Below, in pieces: positions 24,988-33,229 of a stretch of 56,636 nucleotides of DNA. The first letter of the stretch is position 1; every line of letters starts with the position of its first letter. Source of the DNA: Minisyncoccota bacterium (GTDB taxonomy: Bacteria; Patescibacteriota; Minisyncoccia; Minisyncoccales; JAQTVQ01). The translations under genes were made by a program, and so were the position numbers. The notes below the pieces were generated by a model that saw only the letters and a list, made by a program, of their open reading frames with translations, was not told the origin of the DNA and did not search any database. Location of the stretch: positions 1 through 56,636 of the forward strand of contig JBBABQ010000001.1 of assembly GCA_041657565.1 (NCBI GenBank), given 5' to 3'.

Positions 24988-25665
24988 TTATGGCTTCAGC
25001 CGGTAAAAAGGAGTATTGCCGTTCTCGGCTTTTTCTCCTTCCAGCCCGCCAAGCATCCAAAGACTTCCGGCGGCCATGTGCAATTCGACCTCATGGTAGG
25101 TTTCATTAATATACCGCGAGGTGAAGATGACCTTCTCTCCGCTTATTCTCCAAGTGCCGCTGCGAACCGTGTCTTCCCGAAGAACCGAGTCTCTGAAACA
25201 GCCGTAGTAAGAAACCCTCAGCAGGGCCCTTCCTCCTTCTTCCAACTGGATGTTATACCAGCTGTTATTCCAAAGGCCCTCCCAAAGAAAGGCCAGCTCT
25301 TTTTCGGTCAAAACCGTATCTTCCGGATAAGAGGGGAGGCGGTCGCGTCCGGCCTCCAGCCTTATCGGTACATAAAAATAGGTTACCGCATCGGTAATGG
25401 GCTGGAGCATCTTCTCCCGGTCCCTGGGAGAGATCATCGGATCTTCCTTGGCGGCTATGGCTTGGCAATTTTTCGAAGCCTGCGGGCTGTTCTGCTCTTT
25501 CGGAGATTCAGGCGCCGCTTGATTGCTGGCGCTTTGCACCAAAGAAGCCTGCCCGGCCTTGGAAAGTTCCGTTGCCGGGGCGCGGTTCAAAAAAAACAGG
25601 GGAAACCCGGCAAAAACGAGCACGGATATAATGGAAACGATAATCGCTTTCTTCTTTTTGTCCAT
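24988..25665 (-). CDS. N-terminally membrane-anchored hypothetical protein
   Basis: 225 aa. The TM segment is AIIVSIISVLVFAGFPLFFL, followed by a low-complexity linker and a ~130-aa W/Y-rich domain. The overlapping + strand ORF 25078-25707 looks like a shadow ORF. Confidence 0.55.
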   Translation of the reverse strand: MDKKKKAIIVSIISVLVFAGFPLFFLNRAPATELSKAGQASLVQSASNQAAPESPKEQNSPQASKNCQAIAAKEDPMISPRDREKMLQPITDAVTYFYVPIRLEAGRDRLPSYPEDTVLTEKELAFLWEGLWNNSWYNIQLEEGGRALLRVSYYGCFRDSVLREDTVRSGTWRISGEKVIFTSRYINETYHEVELHMAAGSLWMLGGLEGEKAENGNTPFYRLKP

Positions 25666-25883
25666 ATTCTTTACCCTTTTAAAGGTGCTTTTTGGCCGTT
25701 CTTTTAAGAATTGGCCAAGTGCCTCCCTAAAAGGGGGTCATGCCAATAACGGCAAAACTTTATTGCTTCCCTCCGGTCGATATCCGAGAGGTGTTTTTAC
25801 TGTAAATTGACTAATTTATAATAGATATCGGGGCTGATGTCAATGGCTCCAAAAATTCGGACGAGCGGGGAAAACTTTTGCTT

Positions 25884-25910
25884 TTGACAAAAGTTTTTTT
25901 ATGTTAAAAT
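25884..25910 (+). promoter_or_regulatory. Candidate promoter with extended -10, very close to ATG 25920
   Basis: TTGACA (25884-25889), a 15-nt spacer, then TGtTAAAAT (25902-25910). Only 9 nt lie between the -10 element and the ATG. Confidence 0.35.
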
Positions 25911-25919
25911 ATTTTTAAT

Positions 25920-26495
25920 ATGCAAAAGAATATTACCAAAGAAAAATTTTGGGAAATATACGAAACCCTGCCCGAAGAATTGCAGGACGCGATCTTCTCC
26001 GGAGTAACGGCTGAGGCTATTTCCAGTGCCTGCATTGGAAGCGGAGTAGAGGAAAAAACCCGCCAAGTCGCGAGCTTGGTGGGGGATGTTCTTTTGGGAC
26101 TTTCGCAAGCAAGCGATTTCAAGATCGGTCTGGAACTTGATTTAAATCTCGAGCCTTCCCAGGCTCAAAATATTTACAGCGCCATTAACGCTTCTGTCTT
26201 CGAACCTGTAAAATTACAACTGCAAGAGATATCTTCTCCAAGCAAGAAAATAAAACCGGCCGAAGGCCCCGAAAAAAAAGAAGAAGAAAGAATGGCTGAG
26301 GATCACGAATCCGCTAAGGAAGCAGTCCAGACAAAAGAGACTCCAGAAGAAATCCCTCCCGCTTCAAAACCGGAGATTGAAATGGTTGCACCGGCAACTG
26401 CCCCTAAAAAAACGAAAAGGGTTCCAATAGTAAAAATCTCCAAAGAACCTCCGGCCCCTCCGAAAGGCAGCGATTCTTACCGCGAAACTTTCTGA
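25920..26495 (+). CDS. Hypothetical protein (helical N-domain, Pro/Glu/Lys-rich tail)
   Basis: 191-aa ORF with no recognised motif. It is the first gene of the co-directional T4SS-like block. Confidence 0.5.
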   Translation: MQKNITKEKFWEIYETLPEELQDAIFSGVTAEAISSACIGSGVEEKTRQVASLVGDVLLGLSQASDFKIGLELDLNLEPSQAQNIYSAINASVFEPVKLQLQEISSPSKKIKPAEGPEKKEEERMAEDHESAKEAVQTKETPEEIPPASKPEIEMVAPATAPKKTKRVPIVKISKEPPAPPKGSDSYRETF

Positions 26496-26514
26496 TAATT
26501 TTTAGCCAAATAAT

Positions 26515-26928
26515 ATGCAATTCCAGCTCCCCCAATTCATCGAGCACGAAACAGGTTTTTTAGGGCCCCTCACCGTAAGACAGACCGTTATTTTTGCGTT
26601 CGGACTGGGGATCTCTTTTTTTCTCTGGCTGATCCTTGGCAAAAATAATTTTTGGGTCTTTGTCTCCCTCTCTGTTGTTGTGATCTCTTCCTCTCTGGCC
26701 TTGGGATTCGGAAAAGTGAACGGACTGAACATGACCACGGTATTGAACAATTTTTTTGTTTTTTCCGTACGGCCGAAGCTTTATCTCTGGAAGAGAAAAG
26801 AAGTGACCGTATACTATGAAAGAAAACCCCAGGCCAAACCGAGCAAAGATCCGGAAGAATCCCAGCTGAAGGTCACCAAATCAAGCAAGACAAAAGAATT
26901 AAGCAAAAAAATACAATTCGGCAGCTAG
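26515..26928 (+). CDS. PrgI-family / VirB3-like small membrane protein
   Basis: 137 aa. MQFQLPQFIEHETGFLGPLTVRQTVIFAFGLGISFFLW is followed by a second TM segment. This matches the PrgI pattern as I recall it. The gene lies directly upstream of VirB4. Confidence 0.65.
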   Translation: MQFQLPQFIEHETGFLGPLTVRQTVIFAFGLGISFFLWLILGKNNFWVFVSLSVVVISSSLALGFGKVNGLNMTTVLNNFFVFSVRPKLYLWKRKEVTVYYERKPQAKPSKDPEESQLKVTKSSKTKELSKKIQFGS

Positions 26929-26934
26929 CCATTT

Positions 26935-27576
26935 ATGGAATCTCCAACACAACAATTCATCCCGATAGACCAGATCAGAGAGGGAGTGATGATAATGAAG
27001 GATAAATCCCTGAGAGGAGTGATCCTTGTTTCGTCCCTGAATTTCGCCCTGAAATCGGAGGATGAACAAACGGGAATAATATATCAATTCCAGGATTTTT
27101 TGAATTCGCTGGATTTTTCCTGCCAGATATTGGCCCAATCAAGAAAATTGAACATAACCGGATACTTGGAAAAGCTCAAGGAGATAGAGGCAAAACAGGA
27201 GAACGAACTTTTGAAGATCCAAACGGGCGAATACCGCAAATTCATCGAGCAGATCGTTGGCGGCGGCTCGATAATGTCGAAAAGCTTCTATGTCGTCGTT
27301 CCTTATTATCCTTTGATCGAGGTCCCCGGAGCTGCCGGCATGGCCGAGAAGAACGCCAAGGCGACAAAAAAAGATCTGACCGAAGACAAATTCCAGCGCG
27401 GGAAATACCAGCTCTGGCAAAGGATGGAATACGTCATCCTTGGGCTGAGGCGCTGCGGACTAAGAGCCAGCCCGATGACCTCTCCCGAGCTTATCGAAAC
27501 GCTTTGGGCTCTGCACCATCCCAAAGAGGCCGAGTCCGGATACTACCCGGAACTGCCGCCGGAAATATTAGCATAA
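26935..27576 (+). CDS. VirB4 N-terminal-region-like protein (split from the ATPase ORF by one in-frame TAA)
   Basis: 213 aa, with IPIDQIREGVMIMKDKSLRGVILVSSLNFALKSEDEQTGIIYQFQDFLNSL. This resembles the N-terminal part of Gram-positive-type VirB4 proteins. It is in the same frame as 27598-29367. Confidence 0.5.
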   Translation: MESPTQQFIPIDQIREGVMIMKDKSLRGVILVSSLNFALKSEDEQTGIIYQFQDFLNSLDFSCQILAQSRKLNITGYLEKLKEIEAKQENELLKIQTGEYRKFIEQIVGGGSIMSKSFYVVVPYYPLIEVPGAAGMAEKNAKATKKDLTEDKFQRGKYQLWQRMEYVILGLRRCGLRASPMTSPELIETLWALHHPKEAESGYYPELPPEILA

Positions 27577-27597
27577 CCAGGACAAACAAAATTTTCG

Positions 27598-29367
27598 ATG
27601 AATTTTCTAAACAAAGGGAAGCCGGAAAAACTGTTCGAGTCGGAGAGGATGGACGCGAAAGACATAATCGCGCCCGCTTCGATCGAAATAAAACAGAATA
27701 TGATAAAGCTGGGAGAGAGGCTGGCCAAAACCTACTTTGTCTTTTCTTATCCGAGATACCTGACCACCGGCTGGCTTTCTCCGATCATCAACCTCGACAT
27801 CCCCATGGACATCTCCTTTTTCCTCCACCCGATGGACACCGGAGAAACTCTTAAAAAATTAAGAAGGAAAGTGACCGAGATCCAAGTCGAGATCATAAAG
27901 AACGAAGAGAAGGGGCTTATCAGAGACCCGGCCTTGGAAACAGCTTACAGCGACCTGGAAAGCCTTCGCGACAATTTGCAAACAGCGCAGGAAAAAATGT
28001 TCAAATTCGGCCTCTATATCACGGTTTACGCCGAAACCGAAGCCCAGCTTAACGACATAGAAACGACCTTGAGATCGGTCCTCGAATCGCGCCTTATTTA
28101 TTTGAAACCCGCCCTTTACCAGCAAAAAGAGGGTTTTCTTTCCGTCTCTCCTTACGCTCTCGACAAACTGCAGATCCACAACAGTATGAACACCGGACCG
28201 CTGTCTTCCGTTTTCCCGTTCGTATCTTTCGACCTGAGCTCCAACGAAGGGATATTGTACGGGATGAACAAGCATAACAGCTCCCTTGTCCTGTTCGACA
28301 GGTTCACCTTGGAAAACGCCAATATGGTGATCTTCGCCAAATCCGGTTCGGGTAAATCTTACGCGGTGAAGCTGGAGGTCCTCCGCTCGCTGATGATGGG
28401 AGTGGAAGCCATCATCGTCGATCCCGAAAACGAATATGACATGCTTGCCGGCGCCGTCGGCGGGTCTTTTTTCAGAATATCCCTCAGCTCCGAAGATCAC
28501 ATCAACCCCTTTGACCTGCCCGCCCCGAGGGAAGACGAAAAACCTGAAGATGTTTTGAGGTCCAATATCATCAACCTTGTCGGGCTGGTAAGGATCATGC
28601 TGGGCGGCCTCAGCCCCGAAGAAGATGCCATTATCGACAGAGCTCTGGCGGAGACCTACGCGTCAAAAGACATTACCCCCGATTCCGACCCGTTCACTTG
28701 GAAAGATAATGTTCCCATCCTTTCAGATCTGGAATCGGTCCTTGAAACAATGCAAGGAGCGGATTCTCTGGTACAGCGGTTAAGAAAATTCACCCGCGGG
28801 ACCTTTGCCTCTTTCTTCAATCAAAAATCCAATATCTCCATGACAAATCCCTTGGTCATCTTCGGCATCAGGGATATGGAAGACGAGCTCAGGCCGATGG
28901 CCATGTTCATTATCATGCGTTATATCTGGAACGCCGTCAGGTCGGAATTGAAAAAAAGGATATTGGTGATAGATGAAGCTTGGTGGCTGATGCAATCCGA
29001 AGACGGAGCGTCCTTCTTATACGGAATGGCCAAGCGCGCCAGAAAATACTGGCTGGGAGTTACGACCATAACCCAGGACGTCTCGGACTTTATGAAATCG
29101 TCCTACGGCAAGCCCATTATCACAAACTCTTCCCTGCAGATCCTGCTGAAACAAAGCCCGGCCACGGTCGATGTCGTCCAGCAGACATTCAGCTTGACCG
29201 CTGAAGAAAAATTCCTGCTGCTCGAAACGCCTGTCGGAGAGGGGATATTTTTCGCCGGCCAAAAGCACGTAGCCATAAAAATAGTCGCTTCTTACACCGA
29301 GGATCAGATCATAACATCCAGCCCGGAACAGATACTCAAGATCAAAGAGGCCAAAAGGAACGCCTGA
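27598..29367 (+). CDS. VirB4/TrbE/PrgJ-family T4SS ATPase (C-terminal 589 aa)
   Basis: The N-terminal part has DIIAPASIEI...YPRYLTTGWL. Walker A is AKSGSGKS (28336-28359) and Walker B is ILVIDEAWWLM. ITQDVSDF is also present. Confidence 0.85.
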   Translation: MNFLNKGKPEKLFESERMDAKDIIAPASIEIKQNMIKLGERLAKTYFVFSYPRYLTTGWLSPIINLDIPMDISFFLHPMDTGETLKKLRRKVTEIQVEIIKNEEKGLIRDPALETAYSDLESLRDNLQTAQEKMFKFGLYITVYAETEAQLNDIETTLRSVLESRLIYLKPALYQQKEGFLSVSPYALDKLQIHNSMNTGPLSSVFPFVSFDLSSNEGILYGMNKHNSSLVLFDRFTLENANMVIFAKSGSGKSYAVKLEVLRSLMMGVEAIIVDPENEYDMLAGAVGGSFFRISLSSEDHINPFDLPAPREDEKPEDVLRSNIINLVGLVRIMLGGLSPEEDAIIDRALAETYASKDITPDSDPFTWKDNVPILSDLESVLETMQGADSLVQRLRKFTRGTFASFFNQKSNISMTNPLVIFGIRDMEDELRPMAMFIIMRYIWNAVRSELKKRILVIDEAWWLMQSEDGASFLYGMAKRARKYWLGVTTITQDVSDFMKSSYGKPIITNSSLQILLKQSPATVDVVQQTFSLTAEEKFLLLETPVGEGIFFAGQKHVAIKIVASYTEDQIITSSPEQILKIKEAKRNA

Positions 29368-29427
29368 TCGCGGACGCCGTTCAAATATCTGGGCGAGGCT
29401 GCTGGACATTCGCGAAAAAACTGAAAA

Positions 29428-30192
29428 ATGAACAATCCCTTTTATAACAAAATAGCCTCTTTCTCAAAAAAAGCTTTTTACGATCCTGATTCCAGGATCT
29501 TTGTGGCGGTAAATGATTTCCTCTCCTTTGTCACGATCATCTCAATAGCAACGATCATCCTTGAGACCGTACCCGCCTTGTCGCCCGAGCATCCCTTGTT
29601 CCTTTTTATGGAATATACCGCCGTAGTCTTCTTTTCCATCGAATATGTTTGCCGCATCATAGGGGCCAACAAAAAACTTTCGTACGTTTTCAGCTTCTTC
29701 GGTCTTATCGACCTTTTGGCCATTATTCCCACCTTATTGCATTTGAGCAATTTAACCCCCTTAAAATCAGTAAGAGCTATAAGGATCTTGCGTTTTTTAA
29801 GGATATTGCGGATCGCCAAAGTGGACCGGATCGAACCCGGCGACAGCCAGGAGGAATTCGTGGAAGTGTATAAAATAAATTTGAAAATATATTTTCTGGC
29901 TTCCTTAACGATAATTTTGATCCTGGGGAGCCTCGCTTACATATTTGAAGAAGGCAACTATGGTTTTGGAAGCATTCCCGAAAGCATGCTTTGGGTCACC
30001 AAAATAGTTTTGGCGGACCCCGGGATCAAAACATTCCCCCAAACGATCGGGGGGACGGCCATCTCTCTCGTTGCAAGGTTTTTCGGATTGGTCCTGCTCG
30101 GATTCTTGATCCGCATCGTTGGAGATTTGATCAACCGATTCCTTCTCGGCATAAAGACCATTGATCGCGATACTTTAGACAATAAATTTTGA
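29428..30192 (+). CDS. 6-TM voltage-sensor-containing ion-transport protein with a non-canonical pore
   Basis: S4 is VRAIRILRFLRILRIAKV, with a basic residue at every third position. The pore region SIPESMLWVTKIVLADPGIK aligns to [20 protein letters not shown]-type K+ channels but lacks TVGYG. Confidence 0.7.
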   Translation: MNNPFYNKIASFSKKAFYDPDSRIFVAVNDFLSFVTIISIATIILETVPALSPEHPLFLFMEYTAVVFFSIEYVCRIIGANKKLSYVFSFFGLIDLLAIIPTLLHLSNLTPLKSVRAIRILRFLRILRIAKVDRIEPGDSQEEFVEVYKINLKIYFLASLTIILILGSLAYIFEEGNYGFGSIPESMLWVTKIVLADPGIKTFPQTIGGTAISLVARFFGLVLLGFLIRIVGDLINRFLLGIKTIDRDTLDNKF

Positions 30193-30194
30193 CC

Positions 30195-30689
30195 ATGGCA
30201 GAAATTGACGCAAAAAAATTGGGCAGAGATAAGATCCTGGAAAAGATCCGGGAGGTTTTCGAAAGGGAAGGAGAGGCTTTTGACGGAGACGAAACGGATG
30301 GGGGAGAAGTATCGGTCGGCAACAAACCGAAAGATCCCGATTTCCCCGTTATCATCTTCCTTCTAGCGATAGCGAAAGACATTCTCGACGCCCTCGACCT
30401 GACGCTGATCGCCATAATCTTCACTTTTCCCATAAAGCTTTTCATCATCATAATTATTTTTGTCTGGGGCTTCGGAAAAATGAAATTCGGGGGGTTTAAA
30501 AAAATGATCCTCCGGATGATCCTGATCGCGATCTTGGAAATGATACCTGTATTGTCGATAATCCCCACGGAAACGATATTCGTTCTGATGATCCACTTCA
30601 GGGAGAAAAAACTGGTCAAACTGTTCAACTTAGCTCTTGAAGAGCTGAAAAGGGATATGGACCTTGAATTAAAAATGCACAGGAGGTAG
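30195..30689 (+). CDS. Small polytopic membrane protein, unknown function
   Basis: It has an acidic N-terminus and then 3-4 hydrophobic helices (VIIFLLAIAKDIL, LFIIIIIFVWGF, ILRMILIAILEMIPVLSII). I prefer ATG 30195 to the TTG at 30189 in the ORF track. Confidence 0.5.
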   Translation: MAEIDAKKLGRDKILEKIREVFEREGEAFDGDETDGGEVSVGNKPKDPDFPVIIFLLAIAKDILDALDLTLIAIIFTFPIKLFIIIIIFVWGFGKMKFGGFKKMILRMILIAILEMIPVLSIIPTETIFVLMIHFREKKLVKLFNLALEELKRDMDLELKMHRR

Positions 30690-30754
30690 ATCTTATTGTT
30701 TTAAAAAGGCCCCGCATAGTGTAAACTAATAATAAATAACGGCAAAAAAATAAA

Positions 30755-32389
30755 ATGCTGGAGAAAAATAAAAAATTATTTTTAATATTTTTAACGGCAT
30801 TTTTTCTGTTTTCCGGATATTTCTGTCTTGCCGCTCCCTCCGAGAACCTGGAGAACCAATATCCGGTTCTGCCCGGGATGACCGGACAGGAGGTCCCAAC
30901 CTCCACGCAAACGTCCCTTCCGGCGGCAGTAAGGTATTTTTTCCATTTTGTTGTTTTTGCGGCCGGACTTATTATATTTTTAGCTTTCATAAAGGGAGGA
31001 GTGGACTATCTCCGTTCGGCGGGAAATACGGCAAAAACGCAATTGGCAAAAGAAGAGATGACCTCCTCCGTGATCGGGGTCGCGATAATCCTTTGTTCCT
31101 GGCTTCTTTTAAGCACGATCAACCCTACGATCTTATTTTACGGAGGGAAGGTGCAGACCACGCAGATATCTACTATCACTCCCAATGCCGATGAAGACCC
31201 GGCTAAACGGGAATTTTTCCAGATCCCCATAGGAAGGCTGATAGAACGGGCTATCCTTGAAGACGGCGCCGTCGCCAATATAGACACGGCCAATCAAAAC
31301 CTGGAAGAGGTCAAAAATAAGGCGGAAAACCTCAAAAACCTGGCCGCCGAACTGAAAGACATCGCCCTCTCTTTTGAATGCGGGGATTCTTCCTGTAGCG
31401 GCAGCTGCAACGGGTCGGGCTGCGGAGACAACTACGACCAAGCGGCTATCGACTCCAAGGTCCAAGAGATAAACGACGCCATTGATGAGCTGAAAGCGGC
31501 GAGAAAGGACGATGTCCGGCCGAACAGATGGGACATCAACAACCCCCGATACGACCTAAGGCTCGCAGCCGCTTTGATCACCGGCGCCTGTCCGTCCGGA
31601 GCAATAAACCAAACCGATTTTGTCGGGATAGAAAATTCCATCAAAAAAGAGGACTTGTCCATCAAGACCTTCCCGGGATGGCCGGATAATAAAATACAAT
31701 ACGGCGGAGCGATTATCGACGATCCCGCCACTTTCTATTGCGAAAATCCCGATTTCTCCACCGCAACGGAGATCGTCGACACTACCGACGAGATCATCGA
31801 AAATCTTCCCTCTGACGAGCTTCCTGCCCCCAGTTCCGGGTCCGCCCCTCAGGTCCCATCTGCTCCAGCTACCGGCAACGGTACGTACTCTTTACCCAGC
31901 TATCCGTTCCTGTCCCAGTTAGACTTGGCCCACGCCAATTGGAGAGGCATAGCTTGCGGGCCGACCTCGATAGCCACAATATTAAGATTTTACGGAGTAA
32001 AGGTGAACGGCCAAGATGCGGGCGGAGACAACCTGATCACCGACATGAAGACGCACGGAAACACAATCTGGTCGGATTCTCCAAGGGTCGGGATGGATCT
32101 CGGCGCGGCAAGGCCGTATGTTAGGAACACCTTCGGATTGAATTACAGCCAGCTTTCCAATATTTCCCAAATAAAAACGGAAGTGGTCGATAACCACCAC
32201 CCGGTCATAATCCTCTGCAAGGGATTTACCGGCATTTATGCCCACTTTATGGTCGTATACGGCGCCGAGTATTCCGGAAGCACTCTGGTCAAAGCTTATA
32301 TAATGGACCCGCTGAAATATAAGATATCCGAGCTCACAGGCTCGCAGGTGTCGTCTAAGTGCGGCAGTTATACTTCTTTTTGGCCTTAA
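30755..32389 (+). CDS. Pilin-headed surface protein: signal peptide, VirB2-like 2-TM head, Cys-cluster linker, C39-like cysteine peptidase domain
   Basis: The head is LENQYPVLPG...VRYFFHFVVFAAGLIIFLAFIKGGVDYLRSAGNTAKTQLAKEE...LCSWLLLSTINP. The C-terminus has WRGIACGPTSIATILRFYG and a later AHFMVVYG (a papain-like Cys...His arrangement, C39_2-like). Confidence 0.65.
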   Translation: MLEKNKKLFLIFLTAFFLFSGYFCLAAPSENLENQYPVLPGMTGQEVPTSTQTSLPAAVRYFFHFVVFAAGLIIFLAFIKGGVDYLRSAGNTAKTQLAKEEMTSSVIGVAIILCSWLLLSTINPTILFYGGKVQTTQISTITPNADEDPAKREFFQIPIGRLIERAILEDGAVANIDTANQNLEEVKNKAENLKNLAAELKDIALSFECGDSSCSGSCNGSGCGDNYDQAAIDSKVQEINDAIDELKAARKDDVRPNRWDINNPRYDLRLAAALITGACPSGAINQTDFVGIENSIKKEDLSIKTFPGWPDNKIQYGGAIIDDPATFYCENPDFSTATEIVDTTDEIIENLPSDELPAPSSGSAPQVPSAPATGNGTYSLPSYPFLSQLDLAHANWRGIACGPTSIATILRFYGVKVNGQDAGGDNLITDMKTHGNTIWSDSPRVGMDLGAARPYVRNTFGLNYSQLSNISQIKTEVVDNHHPVIILCKGFTGIYAHFMVVYGAEYSGSTLVKAYIMDPLKYKISELTGSQVSSKCGSYTSFWP

Positions 32390-32400
32390 ACTTAAAAAAT

Positions 32401-33216
32401 ATGCCATCAAAAATAAAAACCATCAACAAAAAAATATTTCTGCTTGGATTGGCGGCGCTTTCGGCCGGCCTCGCGATCCTTTTTCTGAACTTTCCGGACC
32501 AGGCCAAGGGCCAGGGAGGGGATACGTCTTGCGACACAGAGATCCCGATCGGGGAAGCGATGGAACAAGCGGTTACATTTACCGGAACAGTGAGGAATAG
32601 TATTTTTTCCTCGGAACAATTGATCGATGATGAGATCGACAAGATCAAAAATCTCATCTCCGCGGTCCAAAGATGCGACCCGAACAAGTGCGATCCCGTC
32701 TGTTATTTGGTCCCACACACCTCTACCGCTCCGGGGGCGCCAGGCCAAGGCCCGGTGACCATCACTACTTACACTTGCGAGCACGATGCTTGCACAGGAG
32801 AGATTTGCCCCGTTTCCAGTATTAATTCCGCCTATCAACAGGTGGAGGCTGTATACAACAGCATTGTCGGCGTCCAAGAAAGCACAAAGACCTATACCGG
32901 GAAGAAAGATTATTCCTGGAAATACGGCAGCCAAAATTACAATGACCAGTCGGCGGGCGGGATCGTTACAGCCATGCTTAAAACCGCCAGAGAATCTTTT
33001 AGCGGATGTTTCCTGACTTCGGACGAATGGAACCAATATCAGGAAGGCAAAATAACCGGGAAGATAATATCTACCTGCCCCGAAGCCATGATATTGGGCA
33101 GAGAGCTGCCTGATGAGTGCAAGATCGTTTGCAATACCAATCCTCCTTCCGATGCATGCTATGACTGCATGGATTGCAAAAGCCCGGGTAATTTCTTTTG
33201 CTGCGACTTAAAATAA
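32401..33216 (+). CDS. Cys-rich secreted or anchored protein
   Basis: From ATG 32401 there is a signal/anchor segment IFLLGLAALSAGLAILFL. More than 15 Cys residues include CDPNKCDPVC, CEHDACTGEICP and CYDCMDCKSPGNFFCC. Confidence 0.55.
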   Translation: MPSKIKTINKKIFLLGLAALSAGLAILFLNFPDQAKGQGGDTSCDTEIPIGEAMEQAVTFTGTVRNSIFSSEQLIDDEIDKIKNLISAVQRCDPNKCDPVCYLVPHTSTAPGAPGQGPVTITTYTCEHDACTGEICPVSSINSAYQQVEAVYNSIVGVQESTKTYTGKKDYSWKYGSQNYNDQSAGGIVTAMLKTARESFSGCFLTSDEWNQYQEGKITGKIISTCPEAMILGRELPDECKIVCNTNPPSDACYDCMDCKSPGNFFCCDLK

Positions 33217-33229
33217 TAAAAACAAACTT

